From Anthoceros angustus (Eukaryota > Plantae > Anthocerotophyta): a stretch of 64,000 bases of DNA. The notes below the pieces were generated by a model. That model was given only the letters and a program-made list of their open reading frames with translations, searched no databases and was not told where the DNA came from. Position 1 is the first letter of the stretch, and each line of letters starts with the position of its first letter. The position numbers and the translations under genes are program-made. The stretch covers positions 124,001 through 188,000 of the forward strand of contig MU008186.1 in the NCBI GenBank assembly GCA_010909165.1. The letters run 5' to 3'. Shown here piece after piece: positions 44,862 to 58,941 of the stretch.

Positions 44862-47775
44862 TTACTCATCCTCAGAGTTGACACTTTCGTCATCACTGGG
44901 CCCTGCTTCTCCAGCATTGTCATCACTATCTTCGGCACTTTGACTAGCAGGTTGTATGAAACCTCGTAATTCGCTTAACTCATTCTTTATCGCCTTTTTG
45001 TCCACCGCATACAAATATTTCTGCGAGTTCAACACGAACCCATAGTATAGGATGATCGTTTCATGCACAAACACCTCTTGTATGTTTTTGGGGTAATATG
45101 CCTTATTTCCTTTCTTCGGGTGTACCATACCAGATTGGTTCCCACTTTCACGGACTATGTATTCCTGCACATATCTGCCTTCATATGCATCTGTGTGTTC
45201 GGTCCGATACCAATGGATAAGAAAGTGAGGCTGGGGTGCATCCAACTTCACATCAATGACCTCCCCAATCCAAAGTGGTTTGTTATGTGTGTCCATGGTG
45301 CAAGGCACCGCTAGAAACATCCCCTTCCGTATTATTGTTATATCGCAATTTAATCGTGCCATTTCACGCTGTTGCCTCCGGAGGTTTTGATATGCCCCCA
45401 TGAACATATCATGTTGTGGGAGGTCCCTCAATAATGCTTCCTCTAGCAAAGCTTCATCATGTACTTGAAGGGGTCGGGCTGTATGCTCTACTTCTGCTCG
45501 TGAAAACCACTTCCAAGGACGCTACAAAATGAGGCCGATGTGGTTCTCCACAATAACAGCGATCTCTTTCTGGTCCACTCAAAAGTCTTCCCACCACTGG
45601 TATTCTTCAGCTGTGACATATGGTCGTAGTCCTAGTAACCCTTCCTTCAGATGAGCCACACCTTCGGTTGGTGCGAGGTTGCCTGCTGTTTTTTTGTCCC
45701 GAGCTTGCAAAGACAATAATGGCGCAGCTGTGATAGCCTCGGTAGGCACGAAATTCAAAAACTCCAAGCCAGCCTCAGTTTCCCATAGCGGTGATGTTGA
45801 ATATTGCTTGCTCCTGATGACTGTGAGGAGGCCGCGGTCCGGTTTTTCTTCTCGCGTAATTTTGCTGTCTTGGAGCAATGATTATTTAGCTTTTTACGGT
45901 ACGCGTGCTTTGGCCTCCTGTCTCCTCTCCATTTCAGACATACATAGGTGCGGAAATCAGGGACCTCCGTTAACACTTTCACCTCAAGCGATGATTTGTA
46001 CGAAGCTTTGAGAATGTCTTCCAATGTCAGCAGTATGTGTGCCTCTTTGTGTTTCAAGCTTTTAGAGAAGCATGAAAACATTTGATCAATTTGATCGTGA
46101 GTGTGGCCCACGAGAAGGAAGCCCACTTTCACTTTTTCAAAGGTTCCCATGTCCACTAACATATTGAGATACGCGAATAGCAACTGATTCTTGTTCTCCC
46201 GGCTTATGTTGTCCAGCTGCAAATACAGAACTTTGAGCAAGACACCATCATAGTTGTGGATGACATCTTGAATTATGCTAATAGTCAAATTGACATCATT
46301 CCTGCAGGTTGGCATAGTGTAAAAAGGCTCTAGCATTGTGGGTGTAGTTGTGGATCATGCACCCCACAACATGTACTGAAATGTGGCTTTCCTCATCCAA
46401 ATTCTTTGGCCACCTCAGAATGTGCAGGATCTCCGTCTTCTTCTGATCCATGCCATCTATGGCCAATAAAATACACATATGGGGCTCCACGTAACTCGTG
46501 TTGCGCTGTTTTGTCATCTTTGCTCGTTCCGCCAACAATCGAGCATCTAAGGCTACTTGATACTTCTCTGGACACGACACAAACAATAGTTAGAAATAAT
46601 AGCAGACCACGTTGGTTTTGTACCAATATGGTTAGTCATCTAGACCTAGCAGTTAGTATAGGTAGTTAGCTAGGCTAGCGAAAGGACAAACCCCTTACGA
46701 GACCACCTATACAAGCCCACCTATGAACACACTTGATTCATTGTTAATATAGCATCTTTGCTTAAGACGCTTTCGCATGCAATTCTAACTTGGTATCAGA
46801 GCCACATGGCCCTTACCATGGTCTCTAGGTCCAATGGCTAGATTATGCATGTATCACTATCTCGGTGAGCAATAAGGCTATATACTTCGGAAAAGCCGCG
46901 TCCTGGTAATTGGTACAAATCTAACAGCCACATGCAACCAACTCGGACGGAAACGGACCATATGACGTCTTTGTCGCGCCCTTCACATCTGCATTAAATG
47001 CACTTGTCATATTCTTTGTGGAGGGTGCCAGCCAACCGGCACCCTTTATAGTCCGGCAACCGTATGCCCGAAGCCATTGGATGCCCTTACCATATCATGT
47101 GCCTGAACCCCAACTTGGCCCTGACTCCATACTATTTGACATAAGGATGCTAAGCGCCGGCCAGCCGGCGCCCGGCACAGCCTGAACTCTTCCACCACCG
47201 CCTAGGCTAAACATAGTGTGAATGAGACAAAGGGCGTCGGCCAACCGGTGCCCTTGTACACTATTATCACTTTGAGAACCTTGGCTAAAGGCATTGTACC
47301 TCCTCCCAATGAAACTTGACATGTAAAGACTTGGTTTTAGACACAAAGTAAAGAAGATACAAGACGGTGAACAGTGCACACTCTTAGGGTTTAGGGTGTA
47401 CGGTGAACCCCACCTATGAGACACGCCTCTCCGATACGCCGAAGAGGGCTATAATCATTTACATTCGGAAACCCAATGGCGAGTGCAATGCTGGAACTTA
47501 CCCTGGTCAACCTTTAGAACTGTGTTTCGTATCATTGTCTTCAGTCCAGCGCATAGTGAGCATGTTGAAAATCTATTGGACTTTGGAATTTTCACCCTGC
47601 TAAAGTGCCCGGTCCATAGCCTGAGGAACCATACGTATGTCACATACCGCTGCCCAGATTCCTCACATTGCCTCCTGTACTTACTCCAAATTTCCAGTTT
47701 CGTGAACGAGTCGGGGAGGTTGAACACTTCCACATTTGGAAGTCTCTCAGCCATATTCAGAAAAGCGTTATCCAT
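44862..47775 (-). pseudogene. DUF7869/Sola-like DDE transposase, frameshifted and interrupted, with a C-terminal Tudor/PWWP-like region
   Basis: FLRLWTGHFSRVKIPKSNRFSTCSLC, LAIDGMDQKKT, LYLQLDNISRENKNQLLFAYL...GFLLVGHTHDQIDQMFS, and C-terminal GMFLAV...KPLWIGEVIDV...IHWY. Confidence 0.8.
46590..46870 (+). mobile_element. Truncated LTR plus iMet PBS fragment inserted in the transposase
   Basis: TGGTATCAGAGC at about 46791-46802, preceded by ~200 bp of non-coding LTR-like sequence that interrupts the transposase reading frame. Confidence 0.65.
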
Positions 47776-48070
47776 CCAAGCTATGGCACAAAAATGTGAG
47801 ATTTGTCCTTATGACAGCCCTCACGAAGTCACATGCTACGACACAAAGGATGATAGGCTTTACATCCTGGAGGCTTCCTCACTTCTTGGAACAGTTCACT
47901 TAGCTCAGACCCTGACACATGCAGACATGACCAAGCTCTGGCACCTACGTCTAGGTCAACCTAGCTTGAAGAGGATGAAAGAAATAAAGGCAAGCCAACT
48001 ATATGCTGAACCCTTCCTGATTTTAGTGAGACACTATTTCGTGAAGGCTGTCTGCTAGGAAAGAGCAAGG

Positions 48071-48811
48071 TGTGGAGTAGAAACTTGTGTCTAGAGACAC
48101 CATGAGGTCCACATTCACCCTCAATGTCGTTGTAGGCCTAGGATTTGCTCCCAAGGGAATGGTTTGTGCCAAGAGACGCTAACTTCTATCGCTACTGACC
48201 TTCGCCTAAGTCGGGACTTACCTGCTATCACTCCTCTTACCTATCTACTCAACTACTACTACCTCCCGACTTGTCCAACTACCACAGATCTTATTCCCCG
48301 ACCACAGATCTTATTCCACAACCCTCGTTCCCGAGCTACTACCACGGTGGCTCTCACCACTACCGGGTAGTTGCTATGACTACCGAGGTGGGTCCCATGC
48401 CAAACCCTAGCGACTTATTTTTGGCGCACGTCATGTGAGTCCACACTGGCGGCTACCCTTTCGGATCGGACTTATTTTGCACTCCACACTCCTTTACCTT
48501 ATAGGGACCAAAGTTCCACAGATCCCTCACAACCGCTTTCACACACACACAAAGGGCGTCACACTCACACAATTTCCACAAGGGAACGTTTGTGCACACT
48601 TCCACCGACAGCGCCGGTTTGGATTCTCTTTGATTCACAAAAATCTCCACTGTTAGTTTCCCAATTAGTTCTCCTTCTCAACTCCTCTTTACGGTCTCAC
48701 ACCTCGCATCGCGTACAGTGTTCAATCACTCCTTCACCCAATCTTCTCTCTCTCCCTCGATTTGCTTCACCCAATCTTCTCTCTCTCTCTCGATTCGCCC
48801 TCAGGCTTCCG

Positions 48812-48847
<36 letters not shown>

Positions 48848-50272
48848 TAATTTCGGAACACAACCAACAGGAAAAAGGGTAAGGGAAAGAGGAATTCTCG
48901 GCCCACAAGAAAGGCATGAGCAAGCTCGGACCCACCCAATCCTCGATTTCCTCCTCCGTTGTCAGCGAGGAGCGCTCTATCACCCCCCTTCCCCGGTTGC
49001 GGAGCAAGCTCTCGACCACTCCTAGGAGCGTCTCGCGCACACCACCTCCGTCGATCGGACGTCTCCAACCAGCCACAGGCAGCATGGGGATCTCAACCAG
49101 GAATTATCTTATGTGAGGGGCACAACCAAGCCCCTTTATACAATGGCTGGGGGCGTCATAGCCCACCAGAATTCTAGGTCCTAAAAACGGCTGAACACGA
49201 AGAGGCGCCCCTAAAATTTCGGACGGCCTTAGGTCCAAGATGACATCCTATCCAAATCCCATCCAAAGCTCTATTCCTAGGATGCCACTACCCCCTGCCT
49301 ACGTTATCTCCGCGCCCTCCTCCGATTTGGTCGCCTGGCCCTTCGTCCTCTCCTGCCGAATCCATGGGCCCTCCTTCCTCGTCGCTGGTCTGGTAAATCG
49401 TGCCATAAAATCTCCACATCCCAATCCTGTGGCCTTTCCTTGATTCCTTCCCCTTGTGACTTAGCCTTCAGCTGGCGAGCACACTCCTGCACCAGACTTG
49501 GGTTCACATACCTCCACCGTTTTTCGAGGAACCCAAGTCCCAGCGCCCTCACCAATTCTCCAGCTCGGACCCTCCAAATGTCCATATTTGGCCATTGGGC
49601 GATCGAAATTTCCGCTGCGGCCTTGGGCGCCATGCTCCTGCACAAACCTCACGCCCACGCCTCGGTGCGATACCTCCTCGATCTCCAACAGTGATCCCCC
49701 AAAGTTCCTACCTCCATAGCCTCGCGAGCTCTCCGCCGCCATCAGGGCCTGCTCTTCTGACCTCGTGCGGCTTGTGCCTGTCGATTGTCTAGCCTGCCCG
49801 GCAGCGCCTTGTGCTTTTAAGTTCCCTTAGGGTTATATTTCCACAAACTCTCGGCCATAGCCATTTCCTTCTGCTTCCTCAGCGACCGCCTCCCGGTTCT
49901 TCTACCGCCTTGAACATAGCTCACGATCAATGACCACACACCAATTCTTCCACTGCCCCGGTTGGTTCGACCACTAGCCTATGGACTTGACTACCTCTGC
50001 CAAATATGAGGACCCCCTCCCCCCATATACAGACCTTTTTATTAAATATTCCAAGACCAAAGGCCAAGGAATATCGAGTTCATAGTCCAAGGACCGATTA
50101 TTATTTAACCCAGAAAACAACCCCAAAACTCATAGGCCAAGGACACTTTCTACTATAAATATTCCTTCCTACTGACAACCTAGCTCTTCTTGACACCAAA
50201 CTTAGCAAAAAAACAAAAAATCACTCAAAGACACAAACAAACAGGGAGTTTCCAAATACCAGATCGTTTACA
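48071..50272. mobile_element. 2.2-kb solo LTR (TG...CA) with 5-bp TSD CAAGG
   Basis: CAAGG at 48066-48070 and 50273-50277; removing the insert rejoins CLLGKS to KETPYPRASPHRATELL of the host integrase. No RT or gag inside; contains (CA)n and (CT)n tracts. Confidence 0.9.
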
Positions 50273-53200
50273 CAAGGAAACACCCTACCCACGGGCATCC
50301 CCTCATCGTGCTACCGAACTTCTCCTGCTGGTGCATGTCGACCTTTGTGGGCCCATGTTGACACAGTCCTTTGGAGGAGCCAACTATTTTATGCCCGTGG
50401 TAGATGACATATCACGAATGGTACACACCTACTTTCTTTGTCTCAAGAGTAAAGCATTTAAAAAATATAGGGATTTTCACGCAATGGCAGAGCTTCAGAC
50501 AAGCTACAAGCTGAAGTGTGTGCGATCCGATGGAGGAGAAGAGTTCATGTCTGGTGAGTTCAACGCCTATCTCACAAGCAAGGGTATCACCCGGCAAGTC
50601 ACCATTCCCTACGCTCGTGCTCAAAATGGTGGTGGAGAACTGCAACCGCCGATTGCAGGAGATTGCCAGGGCTATGTTGTCTCACTCCAACTTGTCCCGC
50701 GGCTACTAGGTTGAGGCAGTCTCCACTGCCATACACCTAGTGAATTGCTTGCCCACCTCGGCGCTACCAGACAAGACCCCCTTTGAGATGAGGACTGGCA
50801 CGAAGCCCTCCTTGACTTATCTTCGTGTGTTCAAGTCGGATGCCTACTCTTGGATCTCCAAGGAGAAGCGTCACAATTTTGATCCAAGGACCAGCAAGTT
50901 TGATGCTAGAGCACAGAAGCTCCTATTTGTCGGGTGTATCGACAGAGTAAAAGGCTACAAGCTTGCTCACCCACAATCACATCAGATTACAATCTCTCAG
51001 AGCGTTTATGTCCGTGAGCATCTGGACTCCTCTTCGTGTGCTGCAGGAGGCAGAGAGAGCATCATTGGCACTCACCTCTACCTCGCCTCTCTCGCTCGCA
51101 ATGTGGAGGAGGACATAGTCTAGATTGAGCTTCCCGAGCCTCCGCCGACATACCAAGCCGCTCAAGCTCTTCCCGCAGCGCAGCCCCCACTGCACCAACT
51201 TGTTGCTCAAGCCGATCCATTGCTCCCTCAAGTCAATGCGGTGGAGACGAGGACACCGACCACACTCCAAATCCACCAGCCCTAGGTGTTCCCCCTGAGA
51301 GGCATCAATCAATAACAGTTCCTCGCCGTCGTGGTTATCTTGATGCCTACTATGTCCCAGGTCTTGCTGCACAAAAGCCCGCCATTGTAGATGTACCTCA
51401 TGGTGCTCATGCACGTGAAAATCCACCCTCAGATACAAGTAATGAGACAAATGCCCCTGACACCCTCATGGCAAGGGCAATGCTAGCTGCAACTCATGTG
51501 CTGGAGCCAGCAAGCTTAGAGGAAGCACTCAGATCACTTGACAAGGAAGGATGGATGAAGGCAATCCAAGAGGAATATGACTCCCTCATCCAGCTCAAAA
51601 CTTGGGTGCTAACCCCACTCTCACCAGGGCGCAAGGCGATCAAGCGTAAGTGGACATTCAAACGCAAGTTAAAGTCCAACGGCACCACAGAGAGACTGAA
51701 GGCAAGGCTTGTGATCAAGGGCTATGGCCAAAGGCCTGGCCTCGACTATAGAGATAACATTTATGCGCCTGTGGTGACTGTCCAATCAATCAGATTCCTC
51801 CTGGCACTTGCAGCTGAGTACGATCTTGATGTACATCAACTCTACATCTCCATGGCATTCTTCTATGCTACACTACAGGAGACAATCTACATGGAGCAAC
51901 CACCCTTGTATGTAGATACTACGAGACCTTCCTGGGTATGCAAGCTGCTCAAGGGCCTGTATGGTCTCAAGCAAGCACCAGCAGAGTTTTATGAGTTGAT
52001 CGATAGCCTCCTCCTCGAAAACGGCTTTGTCAAGACCATAGCTGACCACAGCTTGTGTATGTTGCGAAAAGGAGAGCACTTTCTCATGCTAGCCCTATAC
52101 GTTGACGATTGCATCTTGTTCACAAGTGACCCAAGGCAACTACTTGTGGACGTACAGAAAATGCTTGCTGCCTGGTTCAAGATGAGAGATTTAGGACCTT
52201 TGGAATTCTGCCTTGGAGTGCAAATATGTCGGGATAGACAGGCAGGTATGTTGACTCTTCTTCAACCCAAGTATGTTCTAGAAATCTCAGACAAGTTCAA
52301 GCTTTCGGATACAGGTACCGCACCGACACCTCTTCCAACCAGAGTCAAGCTCACCTCCGGCGACTGCCCCACAACTGAAGTAGAAAAGGAGGATATGGCT
52401 AAGGTGCCATACCTAATTGCTCTTGGCAGCCTAATCTATCTTCACGGTTGGACATTTTTGACATTCCAATGTTGCACAATTCATGTCTAATCCTGGCAGG
52501 GCACATTGGATGTGTGTGAAAAGAATCTACCGGTTCCTAAAGGGTAGTACTCATCTTGGGATCACCTAGCCTACAGGAGATCCACCAACGGCGTGCTCAA
52601 CTTCGAAGGTTGGGTAGATGCGGACAGGGCATCCGATCCTGATGCCCGTCGTAGGATTGGCACGTATGTCTTTACTCATGGTGGCTCGGCAGTCTCATGG
52701 TCAAGCAAAAAGCTTGCAACCATTGCCTGAGAAAAATATAGGCGTTACGCGACCTGGTCTACGTCATACATTGGGCGGGAAGGTTTGGTACACTTCACAG
52801 GCACGGCTCGAGTGTACAAGTAATGTCGGCACGCACATAGACCAGACTACTTACGGTATGTTTAAAGGGACAGTTACGGCCTTTGACGAACGACGAGCAT
52901 CTAAAAGCGCGGAAGCTTCAGGCGTAAGCGAACGAGTGAAACGGGAGCAGGAGCAAGCGAGGAGCGGGAGCTATAAGCTGCTTGCGCGACCAATAGGTGA
53001 GAACTTTTGTGGCACAGCATTATCTATCGCAAGGCCGAGCTTCTCGCAGGCCTTTGCCACAGGGTACTGTGCCTCGAATGAGAGAGTCGCGTATCGTGGT
53101 TTCAGCGAGTGAGATCCATGCTGTATGCCACAGATGCTAGGAAGCGTAGATAACGGAGCTGGAATGCGTTAGTTTCCAGGGGGTGCTGCTCTGCTTTAGG

Positions 53201-53527
53201 CCGGCGGCAAGGAGCCCGCGCGCGGGGCCAGAAGGTGCATGTGCAAGTGCAACTGCTCTCCACCGCCGCTCGCCATGGCACCGCGATCCTGCTCCTGAGC
53301 GCTTCTGGATCTGGAACCTGACCCGGCCCCCGTAGGACCGGTCGTTTTGGCGGTTGCCGTCTGATTTGTCATGAGAGCGCTGGATCGGTTCCTGTGCCGT
53401 CAGCATTGCCCCGGCCTGCAGCTGCCACTCCTGAGCTGAGCTCGGCTGAGCTGGGGTGAGCTGGGTCTGGCCGGGCTGGGTGCTGGGCTGATTGGAATTG
53501 AGCGGGAGGGTGCTGTGAGTGGTGGGC

Positions 53528-56500
53528 ATGGGGTCGCATCATCACCGGAACCTCTCGGGCGGGGCCTCCGGGAAGCCCGGCATTTTCGAGCTGGAGCCGA
53601 AGCGGGCCACCTTGGATGCCCGGGCGGAGTGGCGGAAGAGCATTTTCACGCTGAATGCGGCTCGCCGGCTGAGGTTTGTTGCGGATATTGAGAAGCGGCA
53701 TGAGGATGAGCGGAAGCGAGAAGAGGTACTAGGATGTTGTCGGGCGATGGTGGGTGCATTTTGGGCAATGTTGGGGCATGTTGGTCGATGTTGGGTGTTG
53801 TTGGGGATGTTTGTGTGATCTTGGTGTGATGAAGTTGGATATTGGCTGAATGCTGGGGGTTTTTGTTGTTGTGGACAGTTGCACGCCGCTAGGAAGCACC
53901 TGAGGACGTCGTTTATGGTCACCAGGGCGGTGTACAGGTTTGAGAAAGGTAAGGTTGTCGATGCTTGGAATGGAGCTTTAGCTGCGTTGATTTGTGGATG
54001 CTGCTGCAGTTGGTGGTGAGTGGACATGTGTGTTGTTGTCCTGGGTGTTGTTAGCTGCGGAGATAAAGTCGAAGTCTGAACCCGACTCCGAGGAGGTGAA
54101 GCAGAAGGTACGACAATATGGGTTCCAGGCATCTCCCAAAGAGCTGGCGGCGATGGTGGAGGGGGAAGATAAAGAAAAGCTCAGGGAGTTTGGAGGGGTG
54201 AAGGGATTGGCTCACAAGCTGAAAGTTGATTTTGAGACGGGGGTTTCGGAAGATGAGCGGGATGTCAAGGCTCGTCAAGATGTTTATGGAACCAACACAT
54301 ACCCCGAGAAGCCCCCTAAGGGATTCTGGGTGTTTGTTTGGGAGGCGTTGCAGGATGTTACGCTTCTTATTCTTCTGTTCTGTGCTGTGCTCTCCCTCGC
54401 TATTGGGATCCCGACTGAGGGTTTGGCGGAAGGCTGGTATGATGGTGCGGGCATTGCCTTCAGTATCTTTTTGGTCGTTTTTGTGACTGCTGTCAGTGAC
54501 TATCAGCAGGCTAAGCAGTTCCAGGACTTGGACAATGAGAAGAAGAAGATCTTTTTGCAGGTTACACGCGGAGGTTGTAGAAAGCAGGTGTTGATATTTG
54601 ATCTACTTGTGGGAGATATAGTCCACCTCTCCATCGGTGATGTTGTGCCCGGGGATGGTGTTTTTATCAAAGGCTATTCGTTGACGATTGATGAGTCGAG
54701 TATGACTGGTGAAAGTGAGCCACAGCATAAGAGAGAGGATAATCCCTTCCTTCTTTCTGGGACAACAGTGCAGGATGGGTCTGCCCGCATGCTGGTTACT
54801 GGTGTTGGGATGAATACCGAGTGGGGTAAACTGATGGCTACATTGAGTAATGACACTTGTGAGGAGACTCCTCTGCAAGTGAGGCTGAACGGCGTTGCCA
54901 CATTGATTGGCCAAGTCGGGCTGGGATTCGCTGTTGTCACATTAGTAGTTCTTATAGCAAGGTTTCTTATTACAAAGAACCAGCATGAGGGCCTCACATC
55001 CTGGTCTGGAGATGACTTGGTTACTCTTGTCGACTATTTTGCCATTGCAGTCACAATTGTTGTGGTTGCTGTGCCTGAAGGACTTCCTCTTGCTGTCACA
55101 CTGACGCTGGCATATGCTATGAAGAAGATGATGCAGGACAAGGCACTTGTCCGACACCTTTCTGCGTGCGAGACCATGGGGTCATCCACCACTATATGCA
55201 GCGACAAAACAGGTACGCTGACGACCAACCAAATGACTGTCACGAACACGTGGATAGCAGGATCTGTAAAGGAGCCTGCTGCAGTGAACGGGAAGCTGCC
55301 AGAAGAATTCAGGGGGGTACTACTGCAAGGTATTTTTCAGAACACCACGGGTGATGTGGCCCAGAATGACAACAGCTTGATCGGAACACCCACCGAGAAA
55401 GCTGTTTTAGGTTTTGGCGTGGCCTTGAATGGCAATTTCGGACAAGTACGTGAAGAGTCAGAGATACTGAAAGTTGAGCCCTTTAACTCTGCCAAGAAGA
55501 AAATGGGAAGTGTCGTAAAGAATGCTGATGGTTCTATCAGGGCTCACTGGAAAGGTGCATCTGAGATTGTTTTAGGTCATTGTGACAAGGTCGTGGACGC
55601 CACTGGTGATATAATTCCCATAGATGAGAAGCTCAGAAAGGAGCTGCTCGACACAATCCAGGCATTTGCAGATGATGCTTTGAGAACAATGTGCTTGGCT
55701 TTCAAGGACTTGGATGATTGGGACAACCGTGATATTCCAGATGATGGATTTACAATGGCCGCAATTGTGGGAATCAAGGACCCGGTGCGTCCAGGAGTGC
55801 CGGAAGCTGTGAAAACATGCTTTTCTGCAGGCATCAAAGTGAGAATGGTAACTGGGGATAATATTAACACAGCCATGGCCATTGCCAAAGAATGTGGGAT
55901 CCTCACAGATGGCGGCGTCATCGAGGGCCCTGAGTTCCGGAAACTACAGAGTGATCCAGATACGGACCAAACATACCTGGAGAATTTAGTGAGAAACTTG
56001 CAGGTAGGAACTGCTTTTTTTGAGGAACAGGTTTGGTACCATCACAGTCTGACTGCGCCTTACACAGTCTTGGTATTGGACTTTGTAGGTGATGGCTCGT
56101 TCTTCTCCTACCGACAAGCACAATCTTGTGAAGCTGCTTCGCAGCTTGGGGGAAGTAGTAGCTGTGACTGGAGATGGAACCAATGACGCCCCTGCATTGC
56201 ACGAAGCTGACATAGGTCTTGCCATGGGAATCGCTGGCACTGAGGTATAAACAGCAGCTGTACACTGTCTTCAACACCCGGAGCACAGGCTCAAAGCGGT
56301 CTTCCTCTTTAGACGATGTGTGCAATATTGGGTGGGAATTCCTTCCCCCTACCTTACCTCACGCTAATGTTCTGACAGGTTGCAAAGGAGAGTGCAGATG
56401 TCATCATCCTTGATGACAGATTCCAGACTATCGTTGTCCAAGCAAAATGGGGACGGGCAGTGTACACAAACATTCAAAAGTTCGTCCAATTCCAGCTGAC

Positions 56501-57441
56501 TGTCAATCTGGTAGCTTTGGTGATCAACTTCACCTCAGCTTGTGTCACAGGTGCGGTTCTCTCTCTTTCAGTACTGTCCTCCAATCCTGTATTAGAGCAT
56601 GGATTGAGTTCCTTTCACCGAGTCACGAATGACATGGGGGCCCTTGTTCGTGGTGTGCAGGAGAAGCACCACTCACTGCTGTTCAGTTGTTGTGGGTAAA
56701 CTTGATCATGGACACACTGGGCGCCCTCGCCCTGGCAACTGAACCTCCAACAGACGACTTGATGACGAAGGCCCCTGTTGGGCGTAAGGGAGACTTCATC
56801 ACATACACTATGTGGAGAAACATTGTTGGTCAAGTTTTCTACCAGCTGGTCGTGCTCTTTGTTCTGCAGTACAAGGGGAAAGACTTGGGCTTCCTGCACG
56901 TAAAGGACAAGGAAACGCTGAACACACTGATCTTCAACACCTTCGTTTTCTGCCAGGTAAGACCCACTTGGATTCTCCAGAGGACACTCCTTTCATGGGT
57001 ATACTTTAGTCACAATGGCAAGTGCAGTAGCCTGGTTGCTGAGGTCATCCCACCGTTGCCTCGCACTCACGTGTGCAGGTTTTCAATGAGATCAACTCGA
57101 GGGAGATGGAGAAAATCAATGTCTTCCGGAACACGTTCAACAACGTGGTGTTCCTGCTAGTGCTCCTCTCGACCGTAGTGTTCCAAGTAATCCTGGTGGA
57201 GTTCCTGGGAAAGTTTGCGGAAACAGTGGCCCTGTCTCCGAAACAGTGGCTGATAAGCGTAGGAATCGGGGCTGGCAGCATGCTGGTTGCTGCTCTGGTG
57301 AAATTCGTACCAGTTCCAGCCCCTCGTCGTGAATTAGAACATGTGGACACGACTCCTCGCTCAGACGGTGGGGTATCTCAGGCAGGGCTCGATGAGCCTC
57401 TTCTCCGGTCCGACAGTGGACCCGAAGGTGCGATGGTGTGA
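53528..57441 (+). CDS. ACA: Autoinhibited P2B-type Ca2+-transporting ATPase, 7 exons
   Basis: Exons 53528-53725, 53879-53948, 54055-56003, 56089-56244, 56379-56550, 56661-56956 and 57079-57441. Motifs: N-terminal autoinhibitory W R...[59 protein letters not shown] and [20 protein letters not shown]. Confidence 0.97.
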
Positions 57442-58424
57442 CCTGACTGACCTGACCTGATCTGACCTCGCTTGTACCGCATTCGCATTCTCTTTCTTTC
57501 CGAAATGTTTTTTGCCATTCTTCCACGTGAGTACATCATGAACCGGAACACCATCCATTCCAGGCTCGCTTGCAGGCTGAGAGTTGAGAAAAGAAACATA
57601 GGCGGGGCAGGGGAATGTTGCAAGCTTGTCGTCCGGCTTCTAAATATGGGCCACCAGCTCAGGTACGCTTCGCTGTCGAATCCGCCACAGCGCTGGAGCC
57701 GGGTCTCCAGTTTTCCTAACAGATGTCGCCTCGTTGCCCTCCGATAAAATTATGGCCCTCGAGAGAAAATCTGCCGACGACCGTAGCCCGAGGGGTGGTT
57801 CGAGAGGGCAATGCTGAAATAGTTATTTTTTAAAAAATAAGGATTAAAATAAATATTTGTATTTTTAAAAAATTCATTATTTATAAAAAATCATTTGTTT
57901 TAATTTTAACATTTATTAGAATACATAGGTTTTTATACAGAATTAGTAGATAAATATAGACCTTCCTTAAACAGGCTTTAATTTTTCACACAAACCCTAG
58001 TTTCCTTGCTTTCGGCATCATTATTTTTACACATTGGGCGTTTTGAGTATAATGATTTCTGGATTTTCAACTTTTACTAATTTTAACTAATTACTACTGA
58101 ATCACTTCAAGGTATGGTATTTCTTCTGAATTTTTAATGAGGGCTTTCTTCGTCCAGATGTCATATATCTTTAGCTGCTATATACTTCGATACCTCTAAT
58201 AGGTAATGCTTTATACAAGGACCTGAATTAATTATTCTGTAATAGAATACCCTCCATATACCATTCAAAAATTTTAAACTCTTTTATTCAGTTTTATTTG
58301 ACTTCTATAAGCCTAGAGGGAGTGCTCAACCACAGTCTAGTTGACATGATTCTGCCATTTCCCGTTCAAGGAAAACGTGGCAGCCTAATCAGGTCCAATC
58401 TTTTGTATCCAAAATGTGGAGTTT

Positions 58425-58522
58425 ATTTTGTCCGTCGAATGAAACTCTTACTTGGTTGCCCAACCTTTCTTTGAGTCAGACTATTAGGAGCTCAAACATT
58501 AGGTTCGGCAGTCAAACGGGAT
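58425..58522 (+). repeat. ~100-bp interspersed repeat, also at about 30830-30932 and 32478-32577
   Basis: Shared GTTGCCCAACCTTTCTTTGAGTCAGACTAT...CAAACATTAGGTTCGGCAGTCAAACGGGATC. Confidence 0.85.
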
Positions 58523-58941
58523 CTGTCGTGCGAGGTGAAGGCAAGGAAAGTGTCCCGAGTCTTTGGGGCACTAGGATTGCGAGAGTCCCTCATGGCTGGA
58601 ACACTCGGGACTAATTCAGTCAAGGGTGGCCAGCCATTGGTGCCCATGCCTTGGCATTGTCTTAGACTTCAGCGAACTGCTCTGAGGTGTCCGTGCAGCG
58701 GAAGTTGAGGACTGGCCTCGAATATGAATAGATGGCTTAGAGTAGTCATGTAGTCAGTTCCTTGATTAGATTAGACCTTTTTAAATCATGTTTGGGCTAA
58801 CGTAGTGACATAGGTGGTGGGGCTTGCTTGGGCACACAACTTAGTGTTCATAAGAGAATGAATACCAACTGATGTGCCCTATTCATGCTGCATTCCATCA
58901 TTAGATTAGCAGCATCTCAAACAATCAGAGGCTTGAGATTG

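Larger units (their letters stand above)
33466..52730 (+). mobile_element. Host Ty1/Copia retrotransposon, degenerate and interrupted by at least three insertions
   Basis: Gag (DRFTGITYDVWSTRMRGHLEDADIW, ~33550) and zinc knuckle CNWYRKLRHYE*ECRS, resumed at 42034 (KQAGKPRR). Then GAG-pre-integrase LWHLRLGQP and CEGCLLGK (47930-48070), integrase LVHVDLCGPM (50278-51100), RT (51468-52490) and RNaseH start AVSWSSKK (~52700). The 3' end and LTRs were not found. Confidence 0.9.

Noticed and set aside
53137-54132. - strand ORFs 53137-53529, 53369-53701 and 53542-54132
   Set aside because: Antisense to the ACA 5' UTR, first exons and introns; low-complexity products.
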